From Neophaeotheca triangularis (Eukaryota), in contig BAAIJX010000049.1 in the NCBI GenBank assembly GCA_054600435.1, positions 62,001 to 126,000 on the forward strand: a stretch of 64,000 bases of DNA, written 5' to 3'. The position numbers and the translations under genes were made by a program. The notes under the pieces are model-generated. The model worked only from the letters and a program-made list of their open reading frames with translations. It had not been told where the DNA came from and did not search any database. Of the stretch, positions 25,790 to 36,397 are shown piece after piece (within the stretch, counting starts at the first letter, position 1; each line of letters opens with the position of its first letter).

Positions 25790-26110
25790 TATCTACTATA
25801 GATTATTTCGAGACTAACTACACTACTACTACCCTCTATAATACGCTAAAGCTAACTAGACTTTTCCTAGTCTATATAACTCGCTAAAGTCGACTAGACT
25901 TCCGCTAGTCTATATAACTCGCTATAGTCGACTAGACTTCTACTAGTCTACATAACTCGTATAGGTCGACTAGACTCCTACTAGTCTATATGACTCGCTA
26001 TAGTCGACTAGACTCCCTACTAGTCTACATGACTCGTACGGGCTAGCTAGACTCGCTAACGTCGACTAGACTCCTCGCTAGCTATATAACCTACGTTAGA
26101 TAGCTAGACT
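25790..26110. repeat. ~38-bp dyad repeat array in the 3' UTR of A
   Basis: Units GTCGACTAGACT-N6/7-AGTCTA(C/T)AT(G/A)AC-N8, i.e. the 5'-array motif in alternating orientation. Confidence 0.88.
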
Positions 26111-26154
26111 CGGGAGGATAGTAAGGACACTACCTAATATAGTAGGGGGGGACT

Positions 26155-26305
26155 TGTTATAGTAGGAGGGCCTACGCTAGCTTAGGTAGGCTTAGGTAGG
26201 TACTACCTCCTTAGTATTGTTTACTTATACTTTAGCCTCGTAGATAGTTACATAATGCCACTTTACTTACACTATATATTAAGACCTATACCCTAGATCT
26301 TAATA
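26155..26305 (+). repeat. 3' LTR of element A
   Basis: TGTTA...TAA(T)A, preceded by the PPT and followed by TSD GCGCC. Confidence 0.95.
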
Positions 26306-26310
26306 GCGCC

Positions 26311-27279
26311 TTTATACGCTTACTAACACGCGGAGACATAGTAGAACGGTAGTAGAGTAATAAAGGTAGTGAATAAAAAGCTAGCGAAAAAGGGCGATAG
26401 CGAGACCGCGGAAAAAGTAGTCGATAAAGAAAGGAAGAAGGTATTAGAGGTATAAAGAGCGCCTTTTTATTAAACCGCGCTAGGTAAGGTTTTCGAAAGG
26501 TTACTAGAAGTAGGTAACAATAGGAAACTAGGTAAGGTTAGTTTTATTGTCGAAGAATAATAGGAACTGTATACAGCCTAATAGTAGTATATATATAAAG
26601 AACTAAAGTTTACTTACTAATAAAGAAGGTCACCTTATTAAAAGGTAGACTAGCATGCCGAAGGGACTATAGTAGAGTAGAGGCTATTATTGTTATTATA
26701 GTTAAAAGGAGGAAGTCTTCGAAAGAGAAGCGGCTAGTAGGTTACCTCTACGTAATCATAGCGTAATCACGCTAAGGCTCTACTAGCAATTACCGCTCTA
26801 CTAGATTACCGCTACATAGCTATTAATACCGCTTATTACGACGATAACGTACCTCGCTATAGCGAACTTAGATTTAGGTAAATTTACTCTAGGGACCTAA
26901 TAGTGTAATAGTAGTACGTAGTATCACTCTTTTCCTTAGTAAAGACACTACCGAGGTTTTTAATAAGGATGCTAACATGTACGCTATACTAGGGTCGCGT
27001 ATAACGATACTTAAGAAATGCTAGCTTAAGGACGAGCTACTAGAGAGGGAGGTAATTGTCACGACCGTAGCGCTAGTAGGACATTAGCGGCCTAAGCTAT
27101 AGAGTAGCTTAGGAGTACTAAGCGTATATACTACGAAAGTATATAAGATAGCTAATAGTAAAGTCTCCTATCTACTATCGAATAGTTTCTATATTAAAGG
27201 ACTGTTACTATTGTTACCATTATTACGTTCCGCCCTCGCTATGCCATGATCCCGACCGAGTCATAGTCTCGGTCTTATA
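26311..27279 (+). mobile_element. 3' end of LTR retroelement C (continues leftwards as 1-212 across the A insertion); 3' LTR 27057-27279; superfamily undetermined
   Basis: Purine tract AGAGAGGGAGG precedes TGTCACG (27057); the putative LTR ends CTTA(T)A at 27279, exactly where the Copia RT sequence starts. No partner LTR in the window. Confidence 0.65.
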
Positions 27280-28757
27280 ATAAGGTACTAACTATGTTAA
27301 TACCTTTATACTAATACTAAGACTAGGAATAGGAAGGATCCTCCTAGCTATTATATTCTAGCTTAAATAGAGTAGAACCTAGATTAATATAGAGATAGTA
27401 TTCTTAAATCCTAATCTAGATAGATAGATCTTTATCTAAGCACTAGGAGGACTTAAACTTATTCTTAAAGATAAGAAGGGTAAGCTTATAAAGATTAATA
27501 AGGGCTTATATAGTCTTAAGTAGGTAGCTTACCTCTAGTTCTAAGATACTATATCCTATCTTAAGTTAATAGGACTAAAGTAGATAAAGTCTAATATATA
27601 TCTTTTTATTAGTAATAATATACTAGTTTCAATATATATAGATAACTTCTAGATCTTTAGCCCTAAACCTAAGAAGATTAAGTAACTTATTATAGGGATA
27701 AAGAAGAAGTATAGTATTAAGGAGGTAGATACTAACCTTTTCTTAGGCCTATATATTAAGGAGAGTAGGAATACTATTAAGCTATCTTAGAAGTATTATA
27801 CCCTTAATAAACTTAAAGGATATAATCTAGACTAAGTAAGGATAGTTAAGTATCTACTTAACCGCTTATATAAACCTTCTAAGAAGTAATATACTTAGTA
27901 GGTTTATTACATCTTTAATAAGATAATTAGGGAACTACAATTTCTAGTAAACTAAATAAGGCTAGACATTTCTTATATAGTTAACTACTTAGTAAAGTTC
28001 CTTTAAAACCTATCTAAGGAGTATATTATAGCTATAACATATATCTAGAGATATGTTATAGGCACTATAGATAGAGGGCTTATCTATAAGAGATAGGAAG
28101 GGATTTCTATTAAGGCCTACTTAGACTTAGACTTTATAGGTAATCTAGCTATATCTAGATTAATCTCTAGCTTTGCTATTTTTATAAATAGTGTACCTAT
28201 AGTCTAGAGATCTTAGAGATAGAAGGAAGTTATTCTATTAAATACTAAGGTAGAGTATATTACATTAATAGAAACTATAAGGGAAATTAACTAGATATAA
28301 AATCTTTTCCTTAAACTTTAGCCTTTAATAGAATTTAGCTTAAAAACTGTTAAGGTTTATATTAATAACAAGTTAGCTATTTTACTTATAGAAGACTATA
28401 CTAACTTAAAGCAGTTAAAGTATATATCTCTTAGGAACTATTACTATAGGGAATAGCTTAAGAAGGGGGTTATTAGTGTTAAATATATTAATACTACTAA
28501 GCAGCTAGTAGATAGTCTAACTAAGCTAAAGTCCCCTAACTAGATAATTTAAGATTATTATACTTAGAGAGTAACATACCCTTATAGGATGTAGCATTTT
28601 CCCTTTATTTCTAAACTCTATAAAACTACCCTAAGAAAACACTAACTCTAGAAAACTATCTTAGGAGAAACCTACTACATAATGTAGTATTTTCCTTTAT
28701 ACCGACCCCTAAGAAACAATACCCTTATAGGACACTATTACTACCCTTTCCTTTATT

Positions 28758-30085
28758 TTACTTTTTCTAGCTATCCTTAGAACTACCCTAGCTATCCTTA
28801 GTACTACCCTAACTACCCTTAGAGCTACTATCCTTCTTACTATCCTTCCTAACTAAGAGGCTTAAAGAGGAAGAAGAACTACTAGAGCTAGAACTAGAGG
28901 AGCTTCCTATAGAAGTTAGGAAACCCTAAAAGGTACTTTCCCTACTAGACCTAGCTCTTATAGTAGATAGGGTAGATACTAGACCTATTCCCCTATTAAG
29001 GGTAGACCTACTACTATAGATATCTACCCTCTACCTAAAGGCCTAAGCAAATATAGTACCCCTAGCTAGAGTGCTCTAATTAATACTATTAGGGATTAGT
29101 ACTTTAGTATATCTACTAGTCGTTAGGGGAGCTATAGCGGGAGAGCTAGCTATTAACCCTATCCTTCTTAGTAAAGACACTAGAGTTTCCTACGAAGATT
29201 TTATTCATAGGACTAGCTAATAGGCTATCTATATATTAGTAATTCCTATAGACATTAGCCTATAAATACTATAAGCACTATAAATGCTAGTAGTACTTAT
29301 AAGAGAAGTCGTAATGGTCAAAATAGTTACTATAACTATAGTTTCTATATATACCCTTTATAAACTTTTTCCCCTTATGTTCTAAGGTAATATAGTTCTT
29401 CTAGGGGCTATTACCCTTCTTATATCTACTATAAGCTATATCCCCTTTATAAATCTTCCCTCCCTTAGTAGCTTAGGTTATAGTAGTAGGGAGGTAATTA
29501 GTATTCTTAGTAGATTATAGGTTAAACTTCTTACTAGCTACCCTTATCTCTAGCTTATTCTTTAGGGCTAAAGACTTATTAGAAGTATAGAACTACTAAG
29601 CTTTAGTATTATAGAATTATAGTAGTATTTACTTAACGTTATCTAGTCTAAGGTTAACTACGACCTAGTAGATTCTACGTAAAGTAGCTAGGTCTAGCTA
29701 GATATAGTTAAGGACTAAAGATATTAGCGAAATTCTTACGACTTACTACTTATAGACTAGCTAAACTTACTTAGTATTACTAACTAATTCAGGTTATATA
29801 TAGTATAAGTAGAGGGAGTACTAGTTAGGGGCTTCTTACTACTACTAGAGCTACCTATACTACCTATTATACTTTAATTAATAGTAGCTATACTTAGTAC
29901 TATTAGTACTAAAGTTACTAGTAGTACTAAAGGTACTATTAGCACTAAGTTGTTATTAGTGTTACTAGCTAGTATTAGTAGAGAAGCTATTAGTATTAGT
30001 AGAAGGAGAAGCTATTAGTATTAGTAGAAGGTAAAGTTATTAGTATTAAGGTACTTAGTAAAAACAAGAGGAGCTAGTTATAGTA
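28758..30085 (-). pseudogene. RIP-degenerate antisense ORF in the Copia 3' region with a DUF3716-like Cys cluster
   Basis: Minus strand 29310-29440 reads AYSRYRR...KNYITL...KGIYRNYSYSNYFDHYDF. With RIP TAT<-TGT reversal this gives CxxC...C...GxCxNC...C. Ser/Gly/Lys-rich C-terminus; a frame change or intron near 29250-29300; boundaries approximate. Confidence 0.55.
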
Positions 30086-30313
30086 GTAGGAAAGGTTAGA
30101 GAACTATAGTAGGAGGAGTAGGCCTTTTTATAGTGCTACTATGTTCTTTTAGGAGCTTTCTAAAAGTGATAGCAAAACACCTTCTACCTATTACTAGTAG
30201 CTTCTACGTAACAACGTATAGTAGCGCGTAGTAGTAGTAACTGCCGTAAAACGTAGCATTTATATATTCACTACTAAAAAGGGCATTCACGTGTTGCTTA
30301 ACAGTAGGGAGAG

Positions 30314-30463
30314 TGTTATAATAAGCCGTACTGCGCAGCACGTGACAGATGCCTAAGGCATTAGCCGGAAGCCGTAATCTGTCTTTGTAGGCTTTGCTGT
30401 AAAGCACCTAGTTTAGTCCTTAGTAATTAATCAATCGAGTTCGTGCCGCTGCATATTACAACA
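30314..30463 (+). repeat. 3' LTR of the Copia element (150 bp)
   Basis: TGTTATAATA...TATTACAACA, a 10-bp terminal inverted repeat with one RIP-type mismatch, immediately after the PPT. Confidence 0.8.
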
Positions 30464-32213
30464 CGCAAGACCATGCACTCAGACGACAACCTTAACGAAA
30501 AGATGCATCCCAATCTACACGGATCCATAGACCAAACGCCCCGCATACATCGAACGGGACCCAAAACCGCAAGCACCCGCCCACAACCATGAAGCTCGCA
30601 AGCCACTTACAAAGGATGGCTCTCCCCCCTAAAACCACGCGTGAAAGAGCGAAAGCAGAGTTCCTCGTCAAGCTCGGGCTCGGAACCAGGGAAGCGCAAG
30701 TTAGATACAGTAGCAGCAACTTCGACTACTGTAGAAGCTTCCTATCCTTTTCCACGTTTCCACGGTTCGCGGTTATGGCAAGGGAGACAGGCGGCGACCG
30801 AGCCGGCGATTTTGGGAAGCCGGATCTAAGGTTGTCGGACCTAGGCAGAAGGGTGGTGGGATCAGGGGTGCAGCGGGGTGAGTGGTGGAATTCGTTAAGA
30901 GCAGACTAAAGAAGACCTTACAAGAGACGGAAAGATAGCCGCCGTGTGAGTATGCAGGTAGTAGCGTTCCCTCTTCCCCCTACCGCTCCCTTGTCGCTCG
31001 TTGAGCCCTTTTTCTTTCCAGAACCGGACTCGAAAGGGGGAAGGAATGGGTTTGAGGAAGTTGCACTTCTAATGAAGGTATTTACTGAGCAGTACAAGAT
31101 GCGATGATCTTTAGAGTGAAGTGGAGAACGTACCTCCCCACCTACCAACCTTCTGATAATTATTTTATTCTATATACGTATACTCGGGTAGTGAGGGCTA
31201 CCTAGGAACACAACTTTATCTTAAAAAGGAGGCAAAGGCTCGTTCGCTCGCTCGTTTCTAGCTCTCATTAGTCGACTCTTAGGCGTAGGGAATGTACTAT
31301 TAGATGAAAACTAGTGGAGATCTTCTTTTATCCGGTGTGTAACATTTTTCAACAGAGTTTCGAAAAGAAAAACGCAAAATCAATCGCAGCGACGGGTATA
31401 TATCTTTGCACTCCCCCCACATCTTCCCTTTCTTTTCTTTCTTTCCCTCCCTAGTAATCTCCCTCCCTTCCCCTCCCCACTCGCTCCGCCCCTAGCAAAA
31501 AGAAGCAAGAGCGACGTGCCCAAAGACCACCATCTATATCCACATCCTCTGTCTCCGGTCTCGTCTTTTCTCTGCCTCGGGTTGTGCACAGTCTATGCCC
31601 CCTCAAAAGCAGCGTGAAATGTCCCGTAGACCCGGCCGTCTTCTGTGGTCCCGGCCGCTCCGGGGCGAAATCTCGAAGCCATGATGTGGTAGCGCTGTAG
31701 AATATGACTCCGCGCCAAAGCCATGTTTGGGCTGTGTGCTGCCTTGTAGCGAAGCGCGTTTAGCCATCTTCCTCCAGCCTCGTTGGAAGAGCTATTGTTG
31801 TAAATGTTGTTGTTGTTGTTCCAATGGCGTGGGTTTTGGGAGTCGTGGTTTCAGCGTAATTGGGCACGCAGTGTCCATTACATCAGATCCGAGTACTCGC
31901 CTCGCCTGCAATTTCCAATGCGTAAGCTTTGCGTTCGTTATCGCCATGTCTTCCCTTCTTTGCGACCGGAAATGGTATGGGTGAACTTGGGGCTTGAGGG
32001 AGTGCTGGAGCTTGAAGGGCCAAGTACTGTAAACGAAGGGAGCGAGAGGATGGAGCATGCAGTTTGCTCCTCTCCTGAGTCCGCTACCGCAACGCGATTG
32101 GACGGTGGATGAGGTGTGTAAACGGCGCGCGCATTCACACAGTGCAGCAACCGTTACCACAACCACCACTTCACCCTGCTCATCCAGTCGAGTCCGAGCT
32201 TCTCACCCCCTCA

Positions 32214-32921
32214 TCACCTCACAGGATACTGCGGATACGCGCCACCAGCATAAGCATCAGGGTCCACTGACCTATAACCACCGCCACCGCCCGTACCCCT
32301 CCGACTCTTCCTCCTCGGCGGCGCGACACTCGAATGCTCCTCAATAACCTCAATAGTATCATCACCATCAACCCTCCTCTCGGGGATCCTCTCATCCACC
32401 AGAACGCTCTCCCTACCCCCCGCCGCCGGAGCAGGAGCCCCCCGACTCGCGCTGCGTGGGAAATCCCGCGTGATGCGCTCTTGGCGGATGATTCTGTCGC
32501 GTGTGCGCGGGGAGTGCTGGCTCATTTCGGTTTTTCGGCGACTGCGGGTCCGGCGGGGTGGAGGCGGCGCGGTGGCGACGGATTCGACGTCGTAGTCGCG
32601 GCTGCGGATGAAGTTGCGGCTGTTGGAGAGGAACCAGAAGAAGAGAACTAGGAGAAGGAAGCCGGCTATGGCTCCAAGAGTTATGCCCACGACGGCGCCG
32701 GGGGCGGGCCCGGCGTTGAGGCCCTTGTAGGAGGTGGGGATGGACTCGGTGCCTTGGCGGCGGTGGAGGGTGGGTTGAGGTAAGATGTTGCGGGGCGAGA
32801 GGGTGGTGTGGAGAGTTTGGAGGGCGGAGCGTGCAAGGTGGGTGAGGTGTTGGCGTGGGTTGGCGATGTGGGTTGCGCGTGAGAGGAGGTTGCCCGGGAG
32901 GGATGGAATGGTGGGTGCCAT
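32214..32921 (-). CDS. Hypothetical single-pass membrane protein (235 aa)
   Basis: ORF with one hydrophobic helix (GAVVGITLGAIAGFLLLVLFFWFL) followed by an Arg/Pro-rich tail; coding-like codon bias. Confidence 0.75.
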   Translation of the reverse strand: MAPTIPSLPGNLLSRATHIANPRQHLTHLARSALQTLHTTLSPRNILPQPTLHRRQGTESIPTSYKGLNAGPAPGAVVGITLGAIAGFLLLVLFFWFLSNSRNFIRSRDYDVESVATAPPPPRRTRSRRKTEMSQHSPRTRDRIIRQERITRDFPRSASRGAPAPAAGGRESVLVDERIPERRVDGDDTIEVIEEHSSVAPPRRKSRRGTGGGGGYRSVDPDAYAGGAYPQYPVR

Positions 32922-35900
32922 GATCTGGCTGCGGCTTACAGCCTGGTGTAGACTGGCGGTTGTCGCAAAACGGGCTTGTCGTTGTGGTTGTTGCCAACGG
33001 ATTGTTTGATGGGATTTGTGTAGTCTGTAGAGCTAGCAACGGGTTGTTCGCGAGTGGGATGGGTTATGTATGCGTTGGATGTTGTGCTGTGCTCTTTGGC
33101 GGAGGCGGGCTGAGCTGCGTAGGCGGTAGGTATTAGATGGTCTGGTCGGTTACGCGGAGCTTGCGTCGTCAGGTCGCGGCGTGGCTGTTGGTACGGTAGG
33201 GAGTGGGGTGAGACGAATGCCGAGCAAGCTGCAGTACCTAGTGAATATGTACAAAAAGAACGACAAACGTTGGTTAGTTATATGCTGTATAGAGAGGAGT
33301 AGGAGTAGTAGTAGTAGTAGAAGAAGAAGACCGAGGGAGGAAGAGTAGAAGGGAAAGTGTCGCTATGCCTTGCGTGTGCATGTAGTGTACATAGTAAAGT
33401 CGAGTCGTCGGTTGCGCCAGAAAGTGGGAGGTTGGCTGTGGCTGGCTGGCTCGCATGGCAAATCTTGAAATCCGATACGGCTGTAGACGCCACCGCCCAC
33501 CACTATAGCAACGTACGGTAACACAATGACCGTTCATCGAAGTCGACATGCCCTGTACAGCGGCAACGAGACGACAATTGCACAACCAGCGCAATGAGGT
33601 GTCGTCCTTACATTCGCCTCGGAGCACGGTTGGCATTGTTCGAACACGTTCTGTTCTACATACCGGGGATCTGTTAGAGGATACGGAAGATGATTCTTAA
33701 GAAGAGCCTCGTAAGATCTATACACACATATAGGCAGTATCTACCGACTCATATCCAGTAGTTGTAGCCTTTCTTGCCGTCGTTGTCATAGCCGTAACTG
33801 CTGCTCCTACATACTACTATACTGTAGGCAAGGCACTGTAGCCAGTAGGGTAGGTAAGCCGAGCTGACCTCGGGAAAGCTAAAGTGGCGGCGCGGGAGAG
33901 CGGCTAGGCGGCTAATAAATTCGGAGCTGGCCTGCGTTGGAGATGAGTAGCAACCATAACTCGACTACATGGCCCCCTTTACTGCACTTCTCACGGTACA
34001 TCTACTACGCAACTATAAGCCCAAGATCATTTTCGAGACCTCATTGTGCCGAGTGTCAAATGGCAAACATCGAGCTCCCTGCCAGCCTAATGGTGGGCGA
34101 AACGTGGAAACACTCGTCTACTAGCTACTAAACATGAACTCTTGTAGGTGACTACTCTACCCTTGGAACCGCATATACATCACTGAATCGTGTGACTACC
34201 CAGGTAGGTAAGAATTGATTCCGATAGCATGGATCGTAGGCGAGAGATAATTCCGGAGGTATAGGCTGTCAAGTTAAACTACCTACTGCGACTACATGCT
34301 AGTTTCCAATTAGCATGCTGCTGCTTCTTGGCATGCGTAGATTAACCCCCAAGGTATTTCCGGATACACGGTCAGTGAGCTTCACCAATCAATTATGTGG
34401 TGCGCTCAATGAGTCTGCTAACACTATTAAGCCACATTCGTAGTAGTCGGCGTACCGAAACCGCTCGCATAGGACAAGGTTAAGGTGAAGGTGTGGGTTG
34501 TAATAAACTCAATTCAGCAAAACGCAGGGCTGAGGGTAGGGCTGAGGTGGACGGATCATATGATTTACCTGTACGGATGTCGGCCGTCCCCACCGATAAG
34601 CATTCCACTTCTAATATCACCGACGACCATTCCTACCTATATGTGTACTACGCGGAAGAATTGCAGCCAGCAACACGAACAACCTAGTCTGGATATCCGC
34701 TGCGGCGATAAAATAAGAAAATCGCATTATCTGCAAGGAAGACATTGAAGCTGAACGCATTACCAGACCAGGCCTAGTGACTCCCTCGTGGTTTTCTCGC
34801 ACTTTCACCGTCCACCGCTGTTGCTGACTCGTCTTAGATCAAAAGACGACTACATCGAAGCTTGTGCGCATTGGGTCTCACCAGCCCAAGATAACCACAA
34901 ACTCATCATTGGGAGAATGTCTAAGCCTAGGAAGTAGGAGATATAGCACCCCGCGGAGCGTTACCCCGTCTCCACGTTGTAAGCTGATATACCAGCGAGC
35001 TCGCGAGCTACTGCGCGAGCTTCGCTGGATCCAGGTGGACCCTGTTCAGGATTTGGACAGGACTACATCCCAAAGCGTTTCGATCTTGACTCGGATTCGA
35101 ATAATACCACCACTCCGGAGCTCTAAAGGCAGCACGATTGCACGGTATGGCAGCAGAGATGCTTATCGAGCCTCTTAGTGCTACTCAACGAGTAAGCGAG
35201 TTGGGGCTTTTCATTCGTCTATAACGCTGTTCAGATCTCTTGCAGGGATTTAATGCATACTCCACACCATTTTCTCGAAGTCACCATGGCCGGCGCGGAA
35301 CTCGGAGCACGATCAGTTGATACCGGCAAGCCAAGAGCCTTGACCATTGGGGTTTGCTTAGAAGGTGTGCGAGAATTTGCCTGCCTTTTCGCAGACCTTT
35401 CACCACGGACAACGTATGACTCGATCAACTTTGATGGCACCGGCAAGCCAAGAGCCTTTGCAATGAGGGTCTGCTTGAATTATGCAGCTACTCGAGCGCA
35501 TCAGAGCATTTTTGGAAGTTATGCGAGACACAGCATGGTCTTTCGCAGACTCTTCGCCCCGGACGACGCATGGGTCGGATCAAACTCGTTTGACGCGAAT
35601 AAGCCAAGAGCATCGCTCTGAGGGTCTGCTTGAGGCATGCAACTACTTGAGCGTCTTTCTAGGAGTCGACAGCTCTCGACTACAAGTCATTAACATGCCT
35701 GCCTGCAATGGACTCGGCGCTCGGCCATAGGCTGACTACGGTAATTGATCCTAAATTCTGCCACAGTGCTTGCCCATGACAACACCACCAGCAAGCGACG
35801 GCCAAGGGGCAGCACGCTGATGATGTCGTAGCAATTTGGAGCAGGAAGGCCCCCAACATTTCCCCCATGTACGTTGATGGGTGGTGGACCATGGTTGCGT

Positions 35901-36397
35901 TGACGTGCGCTCCACCTGTCGTTATCCGGTTCTTAACGCTCCTTAAGGGGCCTTCCTCTTTCATCATGTTCAGATCCATATCTGGCTCGTCTACTACTAG
36001 TGGTGCATCTAGCGCTCAGGTTTACCATTCTCTTGATGTACCAAGGCCACGGGAAAGTCGCATTGCCTGGCTCTCATCTGGTTTGTCTACTACTGGAGAT
36101 AGATCCAGCGCTCAAGTTACCGACAAGCCAGTTTCAACGTACCAAGGTAAGAGGGTAATACTGCAACGCACAATGTACCACTCACTTGGACTCATACGGG
36201 AGCCCTTTCCAAAACGGTAGCATGTTACCATCGCCACGAGGATGTCCGAAGGTTCCTGTTCCACCTTGAAAGAAGTCCTAGAAGCAAAGAAGGGCATATA
36301 AGAACCCAGATGACCTTCCACAGTCAATCATGTTGGCACAGCAACTTTCGTTCTCTTATCCCCCATTCCCTTGTACCTTTGCTTCTGATAGGTAAGT

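Larger units (their letters stand above)
213..26305 (+). mobile_element. Ty3/Gypsy chromovirus-type LTR retrotransposon A (~13.0 kb once nested element B is removed), RIP-inactivated
   Basis: 151-bp LTRs at 213-363 and 26155-26305; perfect 5-bp TSD GCGCC at 208-212 and 26306-26310; PPT AGTAGGGGGGGA at 26141-26152; domain order gag-PR-RT-RH-IN-chromodomain. Confidence 0.96.
1..30300. other. RIP-mutated transposon block
   Basis: Strong TpA excess and CpA/TpG depletion. In-frame TAG/TAA occur where Gln/Trp are expected in retroelement motifs. Differences within both LTR pairs are all transitions with no indels. There are essentially no ORFs in the ORF track. Confidence 0.97.
27280..30463 (+). 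mobile_element. Ty1/Copia LTR retrotransposon, 3' part (RT, RNase H, long 3' region, 3' LTR), RIP-inactivated
   Basis: De-RIPed motifs GTDYVDTF, DVETAFLN, KGLYGLKQ, YVDD-like, YSDSDF, STEAEY, KHI, QLADGLTK (27280-28550); PPT AGGGAGAG followed by LTR 30314-30463. Confidence 0.9.

Noticed and set aside
27254..27274. Hairpin GACCGAG-N7-CTCGGTC as a Helitron 3' end
   Set aside because: There is no CTRR terminus or Rep/helicase; it fits better as the end of the LTR 27057-27279.
30492..32170. Short ORFs at 30.5-32.2 kb
   Set aside because: No recognisable motifs, overlapping frames and no clear splice model.
33000..36330. Short ORFs in the intergenic region before the adhesin
   Set aside because: No domain features or coding-like bias.
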